From NCBI GenBank assembly GCA_052139695.1, contig JBKQWF010000019.1:24570-88569 (forward strand): a stretch of 64,000 nt of DNA. Direction: 5' to 3'. Source of the DNA: Limisphaerales bacterium. GTDB lineage: Bacteria; Verrucomicrobiota; Verrucomicrobiia; Limisphaerales; Palsa-1400. A program made the position numbers and the translations under genes. Positions 1 through 9,537 of the stretch are shown in pieces. The notes beneath the pieces are model-generated. The model ran no database searches. It saw only the letters and a list, made by a program, of their open reading frames with translations, and was not told where the DNA came from. How positions within the stretch are numbered: the stretch's first letter is position 1; each line of letters begins with the position of its first letter.

Positions 1-486
1 GCGGGTTTGGATGTTTTCCCAGTTGATGTCCTTGAGCGAAGAATGTTTGCCAATCATGACTTTTCCGTCCTCAAACTCCAGGGCGTCCGTGGTGCCGGGG
101 TTGGCGATGCTGTGGACCTCCGCGCGCCGGGCAAAGTCGTCGAAAACTGAATTGATGTTTGGATAACCCAGATTGCCGAGGTAGGTCACTTTCAAGCCGA
201 AGCTGGCGAGGGCGTTGGCCATGATGGGCCCGTTGCCGCCCAGTTTCGTCACTTGATTGACCAACTCCAGATTCGTGCTTTTCCCGGCGGCGGCGGCGAA
301 CCGTTCGGCCAATCTGGCGATGGTCGGCAGGCGTTGAAAAACCTCGGCGCTTTCCCGCTTGTCCACGACGTGCAGGATTTCATCAATGAAGCCATCCAAT
401 CCGACAAACGCGGTCATGCTCGCGGCGGCGGCGGATTTGGTCAATAATATTTGTGCGCATTGAAGGCGCAGTTCGTTAAGTTGCAT
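1..486 (-). CDS. PfkB/ribokinase-like carbohydrate kinase family protein, N-terminal part (runs off window edge)
   Basis: Not in ORF track. Manual translation from ATG at 486 is open to base 1: MQLNELRLQ...FVGLDGFIDEILHVV...KLGGNGPIMANALASFGLKVTYLG; the GG-N-x-A-x-x-L pattern is PfkB-like. Confidence 0.7.
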   Translation of the reverse strand, partial: MQLNELRLQCAQILLTKSAAAASMTAFVGLDGFIDEILHVVDKRESAEVFQRLPTIARLAERFAAAAGKSTNLELVNQVTKLGGNGPIMANALASFGLKVTYLGNLGYPNINSVFDDFARRAEVHSIANPGTTDALEFEDGKVMIGKHSSLKDINWENIQTR

Positions 487-510
487 ATTTTTTGAGTTCG
501 GAATCGGAGA

Positions 511-1428
511 TCAATCAAGCTCTATCCCTGCCACCTTGAGAATTCGTTCCAGGTCATCGTCGCTGAAGAATTTGATCTCAACGGCGCCCCGGCCGGCGTG
601 GTAACGCAATGACACCTTCGTCCCGAAGCGTTCCTGAATTTTACTCTGAATGGAGGCAAGATGGGCATCCTGGGTGAGGGGGTGGGGCCGCGTGGCGCTG
701 CCGTTCGCGCGCGCCGGTTGATTTTGCAGAAAACCGACCAATTCCTCAGTTTTGCGGACATTGAGCGAATTCTTCAAGATTTTCTCCGCCGCCAGTTTTT
801 GGTCCTCGGGAGCGGTGAGGCCCAAAATAACCTTGGCGTGGCCGACAGACAGCCGGTTGTCGCGCACCAGGGTTTGCACTTCGGGAGGAAGTTTCAAAAG
901 GCGCAGGGCATTGGCGACCACGGCGCGGCTCTTGCCGACCTTGATGGCGGCCTGATCTTGCGTCAATTGGAACTGGCTGACCAGTTGGGCATAACCCTGG
1001 GCCTCTTCGATGGCATTGAGATTCTCGCGTTGCAGGTTCTCGATCAGGGCCAATTCCAAAACGGCGCGATCATCCGCCTCGCGCACCAGGACAGGCACGT
1101 CCGTCAATCCGAGCATTTGCGCGGCGCGCCAGCGGCGCTCCCCGGCGATCAACTCAAAACCCTCACCCACTTGGCGGACGATAAGGGGTTGGACAATGCC
1201 TTGTTCCTTGATTGAATCGGCCAGTTCCCGGAGAGATTCGGCGGAAAAGTTTTTGCGAGGCTGCAGAGGGCAGGGACGCAGTTTGGCGACGGGCACACGC
1301 TGGACGTGCTGGCGCGGTTCGCCATCGGTGGACGCTGCGGCTTCAAACTCCTTGTTGGCGACCCTTGGTGTTTTGTCCACCCCGGTGAACAAAGCACCCA
1401 GCCCGCGCCCTAAAACTGGTTTAGCCAT
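511..1428 (-). CDS. parB: ParB/RepB/Spo0J chromosome partitioning protein
   Basis: MAKPVLGRGLGALF N-terminus, GIVQPLIVR, ELIAGERRWRAA CTPase box, LIENLQRENLN, HTH with GKSR; start moved to ATG 1428. Confidence 0.95.
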   Translation of the reverse strand: MAKPVLGRGLGALFTGVDKTPRVANKEFEAAASTDGEPRQHVQRVPVAKLRPCPLQPRKNFSAESLRELADSIKEQGIVQPLIVRQVGEGFELIAGERRWRAAQMLGLTDVPVLVREADDRAVLELALIENLQRENLNAIEEAQGYAQLVSQFQLTQDQAAIKVGKSRAVVANALRLLKLPPEVQTLVRDNRLSVGHAKVILGLTAPEDQKLAAEKILKNSLNVRKTEELVGFLQNQPARANGSATRPHPLTQDAHLASIQSKIQERFGTKVSLRYHAGRGAVEIKFFSDDDLERILKVAGIELD

Positions 1429-1437
1429 GCCTGAGAA

Positions 1438-1443
1438 ATTATA
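1438..1443 (-). promoter_or_regulatory. sigma70 -10 element (TATAAT) 9 nt upstream of the parB ATG
   Basis: Minus strand reads ccc-TATAAT-ttctcaggc-ATG, a perfect consensus; implies a very short leader. Confidence 0.45.
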
Positions 1444-1577
1444 GGGAAAGAAGGCAGCGGAAAAGATAAAAGTGAGTTGCCAAGAAATATTGCGCCTGCG
1501 GCGGTTTCCCGTTAGACTCCCCAAAGCAGTGCGAGAAAGCTGCCCCGGTTGGGCGCGGCGAAGACCAATTTAAATAT

Positions 1578-1733
1578 ATGTCACAACATCGAAGTCTGCG
1601 TGCGGCCAGCACCTCCGGGGCCAAGCGCAATGTCCTGAAACGGTTTGAACGCGTTGAGATTTTGAAAAAGCGCGGACAATGGAAACCTGGCGACCGTGTC
1701 ACCGGCCTGCGCAAAACCAAGGGAGAGCCCTGA
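1578..1733 (+). CDS. PVC small basic protein (TIGR04137-type), 51 aa
   Basis: Below ORF-track cutoff. MSQHRSLRAASTSGAKRNVLKRFERVEILKKRGQWKPGDRVTGLRKTKGEP matches the M-S-x-H-x-SL...RNVLKR-x-ER...W...V-x-GL-x-K pattern of the Planctomycetes/Verrucomicrobia/Chlamydiae small basic protein. Confidence 0.9.
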   Translation: MSQHRSLRAASTSGAKRNVLKRFERVEILKKRGQWKPGDRVTGLRKTKGEP

Positions 1734-1740
1734 TTGAACG

Positions 1741-2448
1741 GTGGTCCGGTTGCAAAAGTTCCTTGCGGAAGCCGGTGTCGCTTCGCGGCGTGCCGGCGAG
1801 CAATACATTGTTGCCGGGCGCGTTACGATTAACGGCCAGATTGCTTCCCAACTGGGCGTAAAGGTCGATCCCGCGCATGACCAAGTGGCGGTGGACGGGC
1901 GGGTGGTCAAGGCGCGGCGCAAACTTTACATCGCCTTGCACAAACCGCGAGGCTTCGTTTGCACCCGCGGCGCGGAAGTCCGGGACAAAATCGGCGACCT
2001 GCTGCCTCAGGAATGGCGAGAGTTGTTCTCGGTCGGACGGCTGGACTGCCAAAGTGAAGGGCTGATTTTTATGACGAACGACGGCGATTTTTGCTTGAAA
2101 ATGACCCACCCTCGCTATGGAATTTCCCGGATCTATGTCGCGGCCGTGGATGGCCGGGTGACAACAGACATGTTGAAGAGATTTACCGCGGGAATTGTCA
2201 GCGGCGGTCAGACCGTCCGGGCCCGGCGCGCGAAGTTGATTTCTGCTAATAATTCATCCAGCAACGTCGAGTTGGAATTGGCCGAAGGCAAGAACCGCGA
2301 GGTGCGGCGCCTCTTTGAAACGCAGGGCTTGACCGTACGGCGCTTGCAACGGGTCCAGATTGGGCCTATCAAGCTAGGGGAACTGGCTCCGGGCCGCTGG
2401 CGGACGTTGACACAACCCGAGATTAAATCTCTACTTGGCTCTTTATGA
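1741..2448 (+). CDS. rRNA pseudouridine synthase, RsuA/RluB family
   Basis: S4 domain (RLQKFLAEAGVASRR), LHKPRG, catalytic GRLD, EGKNREVRR, RLQRVQIG. Confidence 0.93.
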   Translation: MVRLQKFLAEAGVASRRAGEQYIVAGRVTINGQIASQLGVKVDPAHDQVAVDGRVVKARRKLYIALHKPRGFVCTRGAEVRDKIGDLLPQEWRELFSVGRLDCQSEGLIFMTNDGDFCLKMTHPRYGISRIYVAAVDGRVTTDMLKRFTAGIVSGGQTVRARRAKLISANNSSSNVELELAEGKNREVRRLFETQGLTVRRLQRVQIGPIKLGELAPGRWRTLTQPEIKSLLGSL

Positions 2449-3623
2449 AACAAAAGGTTTTGCTTTTTCCTGCATATCTTCTCCTCACGGTCGCAACCGC
2501 GCTGGCCCAGAATCCTCCTTCTCCTCCCGCGCAAGCCGACACGACTCCCGTGGCTCCCGCCGCCGCTGCGCCCGCCGTTCCTCCCGCGCCGACTGTGGCT
2601 CCGGCTGCTCCAGCGCCGGCAACAACCCCGCCGGCCCCTGAACACAAGCCAAAGGCCGTTGTCCGAAAGGCCGTGGTCAAGAAAAGAGTGCCGCTGGATC
2701 CCCCGGCCTCCGCCGTCGTGAAGAGCGACGCGGTCAACGTGCGGACCCAGCCCGGTTTTGGCGGCGAAGTGCTCGGGCATTTGAAAAAGGGCGAAACAGT
2801 TGTGGTGCAAGCTGAGATCACTTTGGTGCATGCGCCCAAAGGTGAACCCGCTGGCTGGTCAGAAATCGCCTTGCCTGCGGATCTGCCGGTATGGGTGGAC
2901 GGCCGCTTCATTGATTCCGAGTCCCATACGGTCAAGGCCCGCAGGATCAACTTGCGGGGCGGCCCGGGCGAGAATTTCGCCATCGTCGGGCGTTTGAACA
3001 AAGGCGCGACGGTCACGGAAATCCGCAAACGTAACGATTGGATGGCCATCCAGGCCCCCTCGAATGCCTATGCCTATGTCGCAGCGGGATTCCTTGAGAT
3101 TCAAACGGTTTCCGCTCCGCCGCCGCAGCCGGTCGTGAACGTTCCGCCAGTGTCTGCTCCCGCGCCAGTCGCAAGTACGCCGGCCCCGATCGTTCCTCCG
3201 CCAACTACCAGCGAGCCGGCTCCAGTCGCTCCGCCGCCCACCACAAGTGAGCCTGCTTCCGCCGCGCCGCCACCGGCGCCGATGCCAGCTCCGTCGCCAG
3301 CCTCGCAAGGCGATGTGGATAAGGAACTGGCTGCGTTGCGCCAGGCGGAAGCCACCGAAATACCCGCTGACGCGCCGCCACGAATCATTACGCGGGAGGG
3401 CTATGTGCATAGAGTCTATAACGTGCAAGCGCCATCGGAATATGAATTGCACGACATTCGGACGGACACTTTGATTGAGTTCCTGCAAGCGCCACCGGCC
3501 TCCGATGTCAAACTTCGGACGTTCGTTGGCACAAGGGTTTCAGTCACGGGCCCGGAATTCGTTGACCATCGCTGGCCTCGGGTGCCCATCTTGCAAGCGC
3601 AGAGCATCAATTTGATTCCTTGA
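2445..3623 (+). CDS. Secreted protein with two bacterial SH3 domains and Pro/Ala-rich linkers
   Basis: Signal peptide; VNVRTQPG...LKKGETV and INLRGGPG...LNKGATV SH3b-like repeats; overlaps both neighbours by 4 nt. Confidence 0.8.
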   Translation: MKQKVLLFPAYLLLTVATALAQNPPSPPAQADTTPVAPAAAAPAVPPAPTVAPAAPAPATTPPAPEHKPKAVVRKAVVKKRVPLDPPASAVVKSDAVNVRTQPGFGGEVLGHLKKGETVVVQAEITLVHAPKGEPAGWSEIALPADLPVWVDGRFIDSESHTVKARRINLRGGPGENFAIVGRLNKGATVTEIRKRNDWMAIQAPSNAYAYVAAGFLEIQTVSAPPPQPVVNVPPVSAPAPVASTPAPIVPPPTTSEPAPVAPPPTTSEPASAAPPPAPMPAPSPASQGDVDKELAALRQAEATEIPADAPPRIITREGYVHRVYNVQAPSEYELHDIRTDTLIEFLQAPPASDVKLRTFVGTRVSVTGPEFVDHRWPRVPILQAQSINLIP

Positions 3624-4534
3624 TGCTTGCTTCCAACCTTATTGATGGGCGCGCCATCGCCGAAGAAGTTCATCAGGACACTCTCCGGCGTGTGGCAAAC
3701 CTCAAGGCGCATGGCATTCAACCGTGCTTGATCTTTATCCGCGTTGGCGAAGACCCGGCTTCCCGCGACTATGTTGGGATGAAGGAAAAGACCAGCGCAC
3801 GGCTTGGGATCGCTACGCAAACGCACGTTCTGCCGGAGACGACCCGCGAGGAGGAGCTTCTGAAACTCATTGCCCAGCTCAATGGCGGTGCCTCAGTTCA
3901 TGCGATTCTCGTGCAAGCGCCTCTGCCTAAACATATTTCCGAAGCTCACGTTTATGGCGCCGTCTCTCCGGCAAAGGATGTGGACGGCTTTCACCCGGTC
4001 AACGTTGGCAAGCTGATGCTGGGCGATCCCACCGGATTCCGCCCCTGCACGCCCGCTGGGATCCATGAATTGCTGATCCGCTCCGGCGTGGCCATTGCGG
4101 GTGCTGAAGTTGTTATTCTGGGCCGGGGAAACATCGTGGGCAAGCCCATGGCGGCGCTTTTGCTGCAAAAGGCCAAAAATGCGGGCGCCACCGTGACCAT
4201 CTGCCATTCTCAAACTCGCGATGTTGCGGCGCACTGCCGCCGGGCGGACATTCTGATCGCCGCGCTCGGCTCCGCGCAGTTTGTCAAAGCTGGAATGGTT
4301 AAGCCCGGGGCGGTGGTGGTCGATGTTGGAGTGAATCGCATTCCTGATGCGACGGCAAAACGCGGCCTGCGCGTCGTCGGTGATGTTGATTTTGCCGGCG
4401 TCCAGCCCGTTGCGGGCAAAATCACGCCCAATCCTGGCGGCGTTGGGCCGATGACCATTGCCTTGCTTTTTCAAAACACTGTCCGCGCCGCGGAATGCGC
4501 CGCGGGTCTGAGCCCTTCCCCTCAAGCTAATTGA
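3620..4534 (+). CDS. folD: Bifunctional methylenetetrahydrofolate dehydrogenase/cyclohydrolase
   Basis: KDVDGFHP, PCTP, GRGNIVGKP, VVVDVGVNR, TPNPGGVGPMT motifs. Confidence 0.97.
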   Translation: MMLASNLIDGRAIAEEVHQDTLRRVANLKAHGIQPCLIFIRVGEDPASRDYVGMKEKTSARLGIATQTHVLPETTREEELLKLIAQLNGGASVHAILVQAPLPKHISEAHVYGAVSPAKDVDGFHPVNVGKLMLGDPTGFRPCTPAGIHELLIRSGVAIAGAEVVILGRGNIVGKPMAALLLQKAKNAGATVTICHSQTRDVAAHCRRADILIAALGSAQFVKAGMVKPGAVVVDVGVNRIPDATAKRGLRVVGDVDFAGVQPVAGKITPNPGGVGPMTIALLFQNTVRAAECAAGLSPSPQAN

Positions 4535-4547
4535 CCCTTCCTTTAAA

Positions 4548-4979
4548 ATGAATCCATCCAGAATTTTACCCGACCTGCAATGCTCGCTGGTGTGCGAAGA
4601 GGTCCGCCAGGAAATGAACGGCAATTTCCTCCTCATCGGCGTTTTCAATTCTTTGCGCGTGCCGCAACTGCCCATCGCGCTGAACCTTTGTGTCTTTAAC
4701 CGCTGGACGGCCGGTTTCGGACAGTTCATCGAAACCGTGCGACTGCTGGCGCCCGATCAAACCACGGTGCTGCGCAAAGCGGAAATCACCTTCGCGTTAC
4801 AAGATGTGACGCATAACCGCACGACTGTCGGCTTTTGGGGCCAAGTCAAATTCGAGGCTGCGGGGGCCTATAGTGTGGAGGTCTTGGTCGATGACGTCAT
4901 GAAGATTCGCTTTCCGCTTTTGGTCAGCGCGGTGCCAGTCGAGCCGCCTGCGGAAGGCGGTCCGAAAAAGGGACAATGA
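4548..4979 (+). CDS. Conserved hypothetical protein (DUF6941-like)
   Basis: CEEVRQE-x-NGNFLLIGVF pattern and C-terminal GAYSVEVLVDD; operonic spacing. Confidence 0.65.
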   Translation: MNPSRILPDLQCSLVCEEVRQEMNGNFLLIGVFNSLRVPQLPIALNLCVFNRWTAGFGQFIETVRLLAPDQTTVLRKAEITFALQDVTHNRTTVGFWGQVKFEAAGAYSVEVLVDDVMKIRFPLLVSAVPVEPPAEGGPKKGQ

Positions 4980-5794
4980 GCCCTCCAGCCGACGGTTCGG
5001 CCGTGCCGGCCGCAGGCTGGCAACCGTTGACGTTTGGGGGGGTGGCAGTTTTTGCCGGGGTGCGCTTGGGCCGTCTGCTGGTGGTGGAACTCCTGGTCGC
5101 GGCAATCCTGAGCGCCTCGGCGGTTTGGTTCATGCATCGCAGCTATTCCCCGGTCATTCTCCAGGCGATTGACAAAATGCCGGAAACAGCCCGAATTGTC
5201 CGGGGCCAGTTGCAAGGCGTGCCGAGCGCTTTGATTTCCGAGTCCAAATTCCTGGCTATCGCGGTAACGCCTGACGCAGACCATGAGATTGGACAGGGTG
5301 CGGACCTGCAAATTCAGCTTCGTCGAACCGATTTTTGCGCCAATTCAGTCTTTCGGTCAGATTGGGGACTGGAATTCGATTATGGATCGGGAACATCACT
5401 GGACTTGGGTCGCAGCCAACTGGAACCCTGGTGGGGGGCGTGGCAGCCGGTGGTCTGGACCGCCTTCGGTGTGGCGCTGGTTCCAGTGCTTCTGCTGATT
5501 TGGGCGCTGGTGGGGGTGGTTTATATGGTTCCGGCATTCGTGATCGCCTGGTTTACGGACCGAAACCTCTCGTGGATGGGGGCGTGGCAGCTTTCTTCAG
5601 CCGCGCTCATGCCGGGAACACTCCTCCTGGCGGCCGCAATCTTTTCCTACGGCTGGCGGGCCGTCGACCTCCTGGGGTTTGCTTTTTTCTACCTCGCGCA
5701 TCTGATCTTGGGATGGGTTTATCTCGCGGGCAGCGTTCGCGCCACTCCGCGGCTTTCAGTGGAGACGGCCAAGCGGAACCCCTTTTCCACGTGA
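4976..5794 (+). CDS. Hypothetical membrane protein
   Basis: 272 aa with several hydrophobic segments; 4-nt overlap with the upstream gene. Confidence 0.7.
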   Translation: MSPPADGSAVPAAGWQPLTFGGVAVFAGVRLGRLLVVELLVAAILSASAVWFMHRSYSPVILQAIDKMPETARIVRGQLQGVPSALISESKFLAIAVTPDADHEIGQGADLQIQLRRTDFCANSVFRSDWGLEFDYGSGTSLDLGRSQLEPWWGAWQPVVWTAFGVALVPVLLLIWALVGVVYMVPAFVIAWFTDRNLSWMGAWQLSSAALMPGTLLLAAAIFSYGWRAVDLLGFAFFYLAHLILGWVYLAGSVRATPRLSVETAKRNPFST

Positions 5795-5844
5795 GACTTG
5801 CAGATTGAGCCGTCCGCGAGTAGGAACTGTTGCAATTCTGCGCA

Positions 5845-5860
5845 TGGCATGGCCTTTGCT
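5845..5860 (+). promoter_or_regulatory. sigma54-type -24/-12 promoter motif
   Basis: TGGCATGGCCTTTGCT matches TGGCACG-N4-TTGCW with one mismatch and exact GG-N10-GC spacing, 55 nt before ATG 5916. Confidence 0.6.
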
Positions 5861-5915
5861 GAATTGAGAATTGCGAAATTGAGCGGCGGGATCGACACAG
5901 CAGAAAAAGGCCTTT

Positions 5916-6227
5916 ATGTCATATCATCACAACGAACCTGGCGCACCACTTGACGGATCCTTTACGCGCGCAGCCGTTGAGTTTTCAAATAAAAACGCCA
6001 GCCTGGAGTCGGCGACTGCCGATTTGGGATTAACCGGCGCCAATTTGCACGATCGGACAAATAGAAAAAGCAATCGACGCGGAGCGCCGAAGACTTCAAA
6101 CGGCATGGTGAAATTGCGCGCGGAGAACAAAGCCTTGCGCAGGCAGGTCTTAAGCCTGCAAATCCAGTCGGACATACTGAGGGTCACCCTGGGGATGCTC
6201 TCGACCACGGTTGGAACGTACGACTAA
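5916..6227 (+). CDS. Small hypothetical protein with C-terminal coiled coil
   Basis: 103-aa ATG ORF; tail KLRAENKALRRQVLSLQIQSDILR resembles IS3 OrfA coiled-coil tails; preceded by a sigma54-like motif; convergent with glnD. Confidence 0.55.
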   Translation: MSYHHNEPGAPLDGSFTRAAVEFSNKNASLESATADLGLTGANLHDRTNRKSNRRGAPKTSNGMVKLRAENKALRRQVLSLQIQSDILRVTLGMLSTTVGTYD

Positions 6228-6241
6228 TCCATTTCTTATTA

Positions 6242-9034
6242 TTACTTGGTCACCAGACCCACAGGCTGGGCGGCTTTGCTGAGGCGTTTCTTGATTGCCT
6301 CCTGCCGCTCCGGCGCCAGCAATTTCGCGCCCGACCGCTCCGTTACATAGAAGGTGTCGATGGCGGCGCCCTTTTCCGTGAGAATCTTCGCGAGCAGGAG
6401 GTTGATGTTCAAGTCGGCCAGGACTCTCGAAATGTCGTACAACAAGCCAACTCGATCCTCCGCCTGCAAATCGATGATCGTGCGAGTGTCGGAAGTGATA
6501 TTGTCCAATTGGACGACGGCGGGGATGTGCTCTCCTCCGACAGATTGAAAAACTGCGGACGCGGGCTTGGTCTTGGCAATCAGCGCGGGCAAATCCACCG
6601 GCGTGCCGATTAACACCTTCTGCACGAGGCTCTCGAATTTGTCCCGTTCATCCCGGTTGGCCAACAATCCTGACCGGGCGTCGGTCACGCAAAACGTGTC
6701 CAGAATGACGCCGTCGGACCGGGTCAAAATCTCCGCGCTCAGAATATTCAAGCCGGAGGCGGTAAGGCAGCCGGTGAAGTTGCTGAAGAGGCGGTCGCGG
6801 TCCCACGTGCAAACCGTCACGGAAGTGTAACCGCGGTCCGGCAGGTTCTGCCAGGTGATGATGGGGGTGAGGGCATTGACCTCGTTGTCGGCCAATTGCA
6901 AGCGGATGAAGCGATGGACTTGGGTGACGTCGCGGAGGATTTCCTTGGCATCGTTCACTTGACAATAGCGGGGGGGGACGGCGTTGAAGTGACCCTGGAT
7001 TTCGTCCGGATCAAACGTGCGCGGGGCCATGCGCATCACTTCTTCCAGGAGCAACTCGCGCTGGCGGGCTTCGGCCACCTGGAATTCCTCGGTCCCGGTC
7101 AAAACACGGCGGGTCTGGCGGTACAGTTGCCAAAGGACGGCGTCTTTGAAGGCGTTCCACAGTTGGTCGCTCGTGCCCATGGAGTCGGCAAAGGTATGGA
7201 GAGTGAGCAGGACCAGGTTCTGCACGGATTGGATTTGCCGGGCAAAGGCGCGGATGACGGTGGGATCGTCCAAGTCGCGGCGTTGCGAGATTTGCGCCAT
7301 CGCCAGGTGATTTTCAATGATGTGGCGCAAGGCATGGGTTTTGGCTCCGTCCAGGCCGAGGCGGCGCGAGACGCTCAGGGCGACCGACCCGCCGATATGC
7401 TCGTGGTTGCCGGAGCGAAAGGCCTTGCCGCAGTCGTGCAGAAGGAGGGCCAGATAGAGTATGGAAACATTTTCCACCTCCTTGGCAATTTCCGCGTAGG
7501 CAGCGAATGGAGGGCTCTTGGCGTTCCAGATGGCGTCGAGCTTCTCAATGCAAACGAGGGTATGTTCGTCCGCCGTGTATTGGTGGAAAAACTCGTGCTG
7601 CACCAGGCAAGTCAGCCGGCCAAATTCCGGCAGGAACTTCCCCAATAAGCCGATCTCGTGCATGGAGCGCAAGACCGGCGCCACATTGCCCCGCTGGCCA
7701 AGAATTTCGAGAAAGGTGGCCCGAACGTGCTCGTCACTGAGAAAGGACTTGTCCACCAGGGAAAGATTGTTGCGGATGAGCTGTGCCATGGTGGGGTGCA
7801 ATTTCGCGTTCCGCTGTTGGGCGTGCAAGAATACCCGCATCAATCGTCGTGGGCTATCGCGAAAAATACTCGTGGAAGCCGGTCGAACTTCATTTTCCAC
7901 GATCTTCAATCCGTCCACCACCGGCTCCTGGTCCCGGCGGGAAGAGCGTTTGAAAATGCGCCGGGCAAACGAGAAAAGCCCCGGCGTGGGTGGAAGAAGG
8001 GCCAGGCGGCGTTCCACCGCGCGCGTGATAAAGTCGATGTTCCGGGTATGCTGGTAAAAGTCGCCCATGAAAGCTTCCACGCGGCGTCCGGCTGAGCGAT
8101 CGGCGTAGCCGAGGTTGAGGGCGACCGGCGGTTGCAAACTGCGGCCCAACGCGTCGGTGGCGCGGTTGATGTAATAGTGCAGTTCATTGCGGACACGCAG
8201 CAGAAAGCCGTAGGCGGCATCCAGTTGTTTGCGTTCGCTGGCGCTGATCATTTCCTGTTGTTCCAGTTCCGCCAGGGTGCGGGTGCGGTACTTGAAATAG
8301 GACATCCAGAGCAGGTTCTGGTAATCGCGCAGCCCGCCGCAGCCATTCTTAATGTTGGGCTCCTGCATGCAGGCGGAATTGCCGTATTTGCCGCGGCGGG
8401 ACGCCTGGTCCTCCAGGCGCGCGGCCATATATTCGTTTTCGTAGCCGATGACGCATTTGGCCAGGACCGTGCGGGTGAAGCGGTCAAACAGGGTCTGATC
8501 CCCCATGATGCAGCGCGCCTCAATGAGCGAGGTTTTGGACTGCATGTCTTTATTGGCCACCCGCACACAATCGTCAATCGAGCGGACGGAATGGCCCACG
8601 CTTAAGCGCAAGTCCCACAACGTGTAAAGCAAACCTTCCACCAGTTGGCCCAGCTCCGGGCGCGCCTTGCCGTCCACCACCATGTCGCTTTCATGCAGAA
8701 ACATGATGTCAATGTCGCTGTGGGGATTGAGTTCCGCTCTCCCATAGCCCCCGAGGGCGACCAGGGCAAAAACCGGCGGGGATGCTTTGGAGGCGACCGC
8801 GGAGGCATTCCGCACGTCCTTCAAGAGATAGCGCAGGAGCAAGTCGATAATGGAAGCGCGCGCCCGGCAAATCTCGCGACCTTCCCCACCGGCGCGGTGG
8901 AGGATTTTCAGGCGGTGAGTTTCCACCTTCAGGAAGGTTTTATAGCGGGCCACTTCCAGGCGGGTTTTGGTCCCGGACGGCAGGGCCAGCCGTTTGGCGG
9001 CATTGGCTTCAATTTTCTCGAGCAAGGTCGGCAT
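6242..9034 (-). CDS. glnD: [Protein-PII] uridylyltransferase/uridylyl-removing enzyme
   Basis: ALGGYGR...HSDIDI NTase, EPNIKNG-x-GGLRD, HD domain (HQYTADEHTL, LLHDCGK), two ACT domains (DRVGLLYDI). Confidence 0.97.
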   Translation of the reverse strand: MPTLLEKIEANAAKRLALPSGTKTRLEVARYKTFLKVETHRLKILHRAGGEGREICRARASIIDLLLRYLLKDVRNASAVASKASPPVFALVALGGYGRAELNPHSDIDIMFLHESDMVVDGKARPELGQLVEGLLYTLWDLRLSVGHSVRSIDDCVRVANKDMQSKTSLIEARCIMGDQTLFDRFTRTVLAKCVIGYENEYMAARLEDQASRRGKYGNSACMQEPNIKNGCGGLRDYQNLLWMSYFKYRTRTLAELEQQEMISASERKQLDAAYGFLLRVRNELHYYINRATDALGRSLQPPVALNLGYADRSAGRRVEAFMGDFYQHTRNIDFITRAVERRLALLPPTPGLFSFARRIFKRSSRRDQEPVVDGLKIVENEVRPASTSIFRDSPRRLMRVFLHAQQRNAKLHPTMAQLIRNNLSLVDKSFLSDEHVRATFLEILGQRGNVAPVLRSMHEIGLLGKFLPEFGRLTCLVQHEFFHQYTADEHTLVCIEKLDAIWNAKSPPFAAYAEIAKEVENVSILYLALLLHDCGKAFRSGNHEHIGGSVALSVSRRLGLDGAKTHALRHIIENHLAMAQISQRRDLDDPTVIRAFARQIQSVQNLVLLTLHTFADSMGTSDQLWNAFKDAVLWQLYRQTRRVLTGTEEFQVAEARQRELLLEEVMRMAPRTFDPDEIQGHFNAVPPRYCQVNDAKEILRDVTQVHRFIRLQLADNEVNALTPIITWQNLPDRGYTSVTVCTWDRDRLFSNFTGCLTASGLNILSAEILTRSDGVILDTFCVTDARSGLLANRDERDKFESLVQKVLIGTPVDLPALIAKTKPASAVFQSVGGEHIPAVVQLDNITSDTRTIIDLQAEDRVGLLYDISRVLADLNINLLLAKILTEKGAAIDTFYVTERSGAKLLAPERQEAIKKRLSKAAQPVGLVTK

Positions 9035-9139
9035 CGAACTGACAGGTTAGGCACGGCAGCGGCAAAGTTCAAACCTTCCCAGCCAATGGGGAGCAATATT
9101 TGCTTCTCGCCGGGGTGGGCATCGGGATGAACAAGGAAG

Positions 9140-9481
9140 GTGGTGGGCACAAGGCCGGATAAAATGATGGATGTCAAACGCCCGCTACGCCTTTTGGAGC
9201 CGATCACGCACGACGATCAGCCGCTGGGGGCCGAGAAGCTCAAAGTGGACTCTGACCGGGCGCTGGCTGTGGCATTGAAGGAGCCGCTGCTGACGAAACT
9301 GGACCTCAAAGCGACGCAGTTTTGGCTCGAACACACCGATCTTGGCCCGGCCTGGAAAATACGTTTTTGGGCGGCCAAACTAAGCAAGCCTGAGCATATG
9401 GTTGACATTTGCGATGTGGTCGTTTCCACGGAGAGCGGCCAGGTGGTCAAAGACGCGCTTCATCCGAACAGCGTCGATTAA
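9140..9481 (+). CDS. Hypothetical protein, probably the C-terminal part of an N-terminally truncated secreted protein
   Basis: Coding-like MMDVKRPLRLLEP...KVDSD-x-A...WKIRFWAAKL...DGQVVK-type PepSY-like tail; no signal peptide or good start upstream. Confidence 0.45.
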   Translation: MVGTRPDKMMDVKRPLRLLEPITHDDQPLGAEKLKVDSDRALAVALKEPLLTKLDLKATQFWLEHTDLGPAWKIRFWAAKLSKPEHMVDICDVVVSTESGQVVKDALHPNSVD

Positions 9482-9537
9482 CGGATTTCCGCTCTTCACA
9501 TTCCATTGCCGTGAAGCCTTCCCTGTCACGGCAGGAG

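Noticed and set aside
5781-5800. parS-like TTTTCCACGTGAGACT near parB
   Set aside because: Three mismatches to the parS consensus, not palindromic, and overlapping a stop codon.
6100-6227. IS3-family element
   Set aside because: Only a coiled-coil resemblance; no HTH, DDE integrase, inverted repeats or target duplication.
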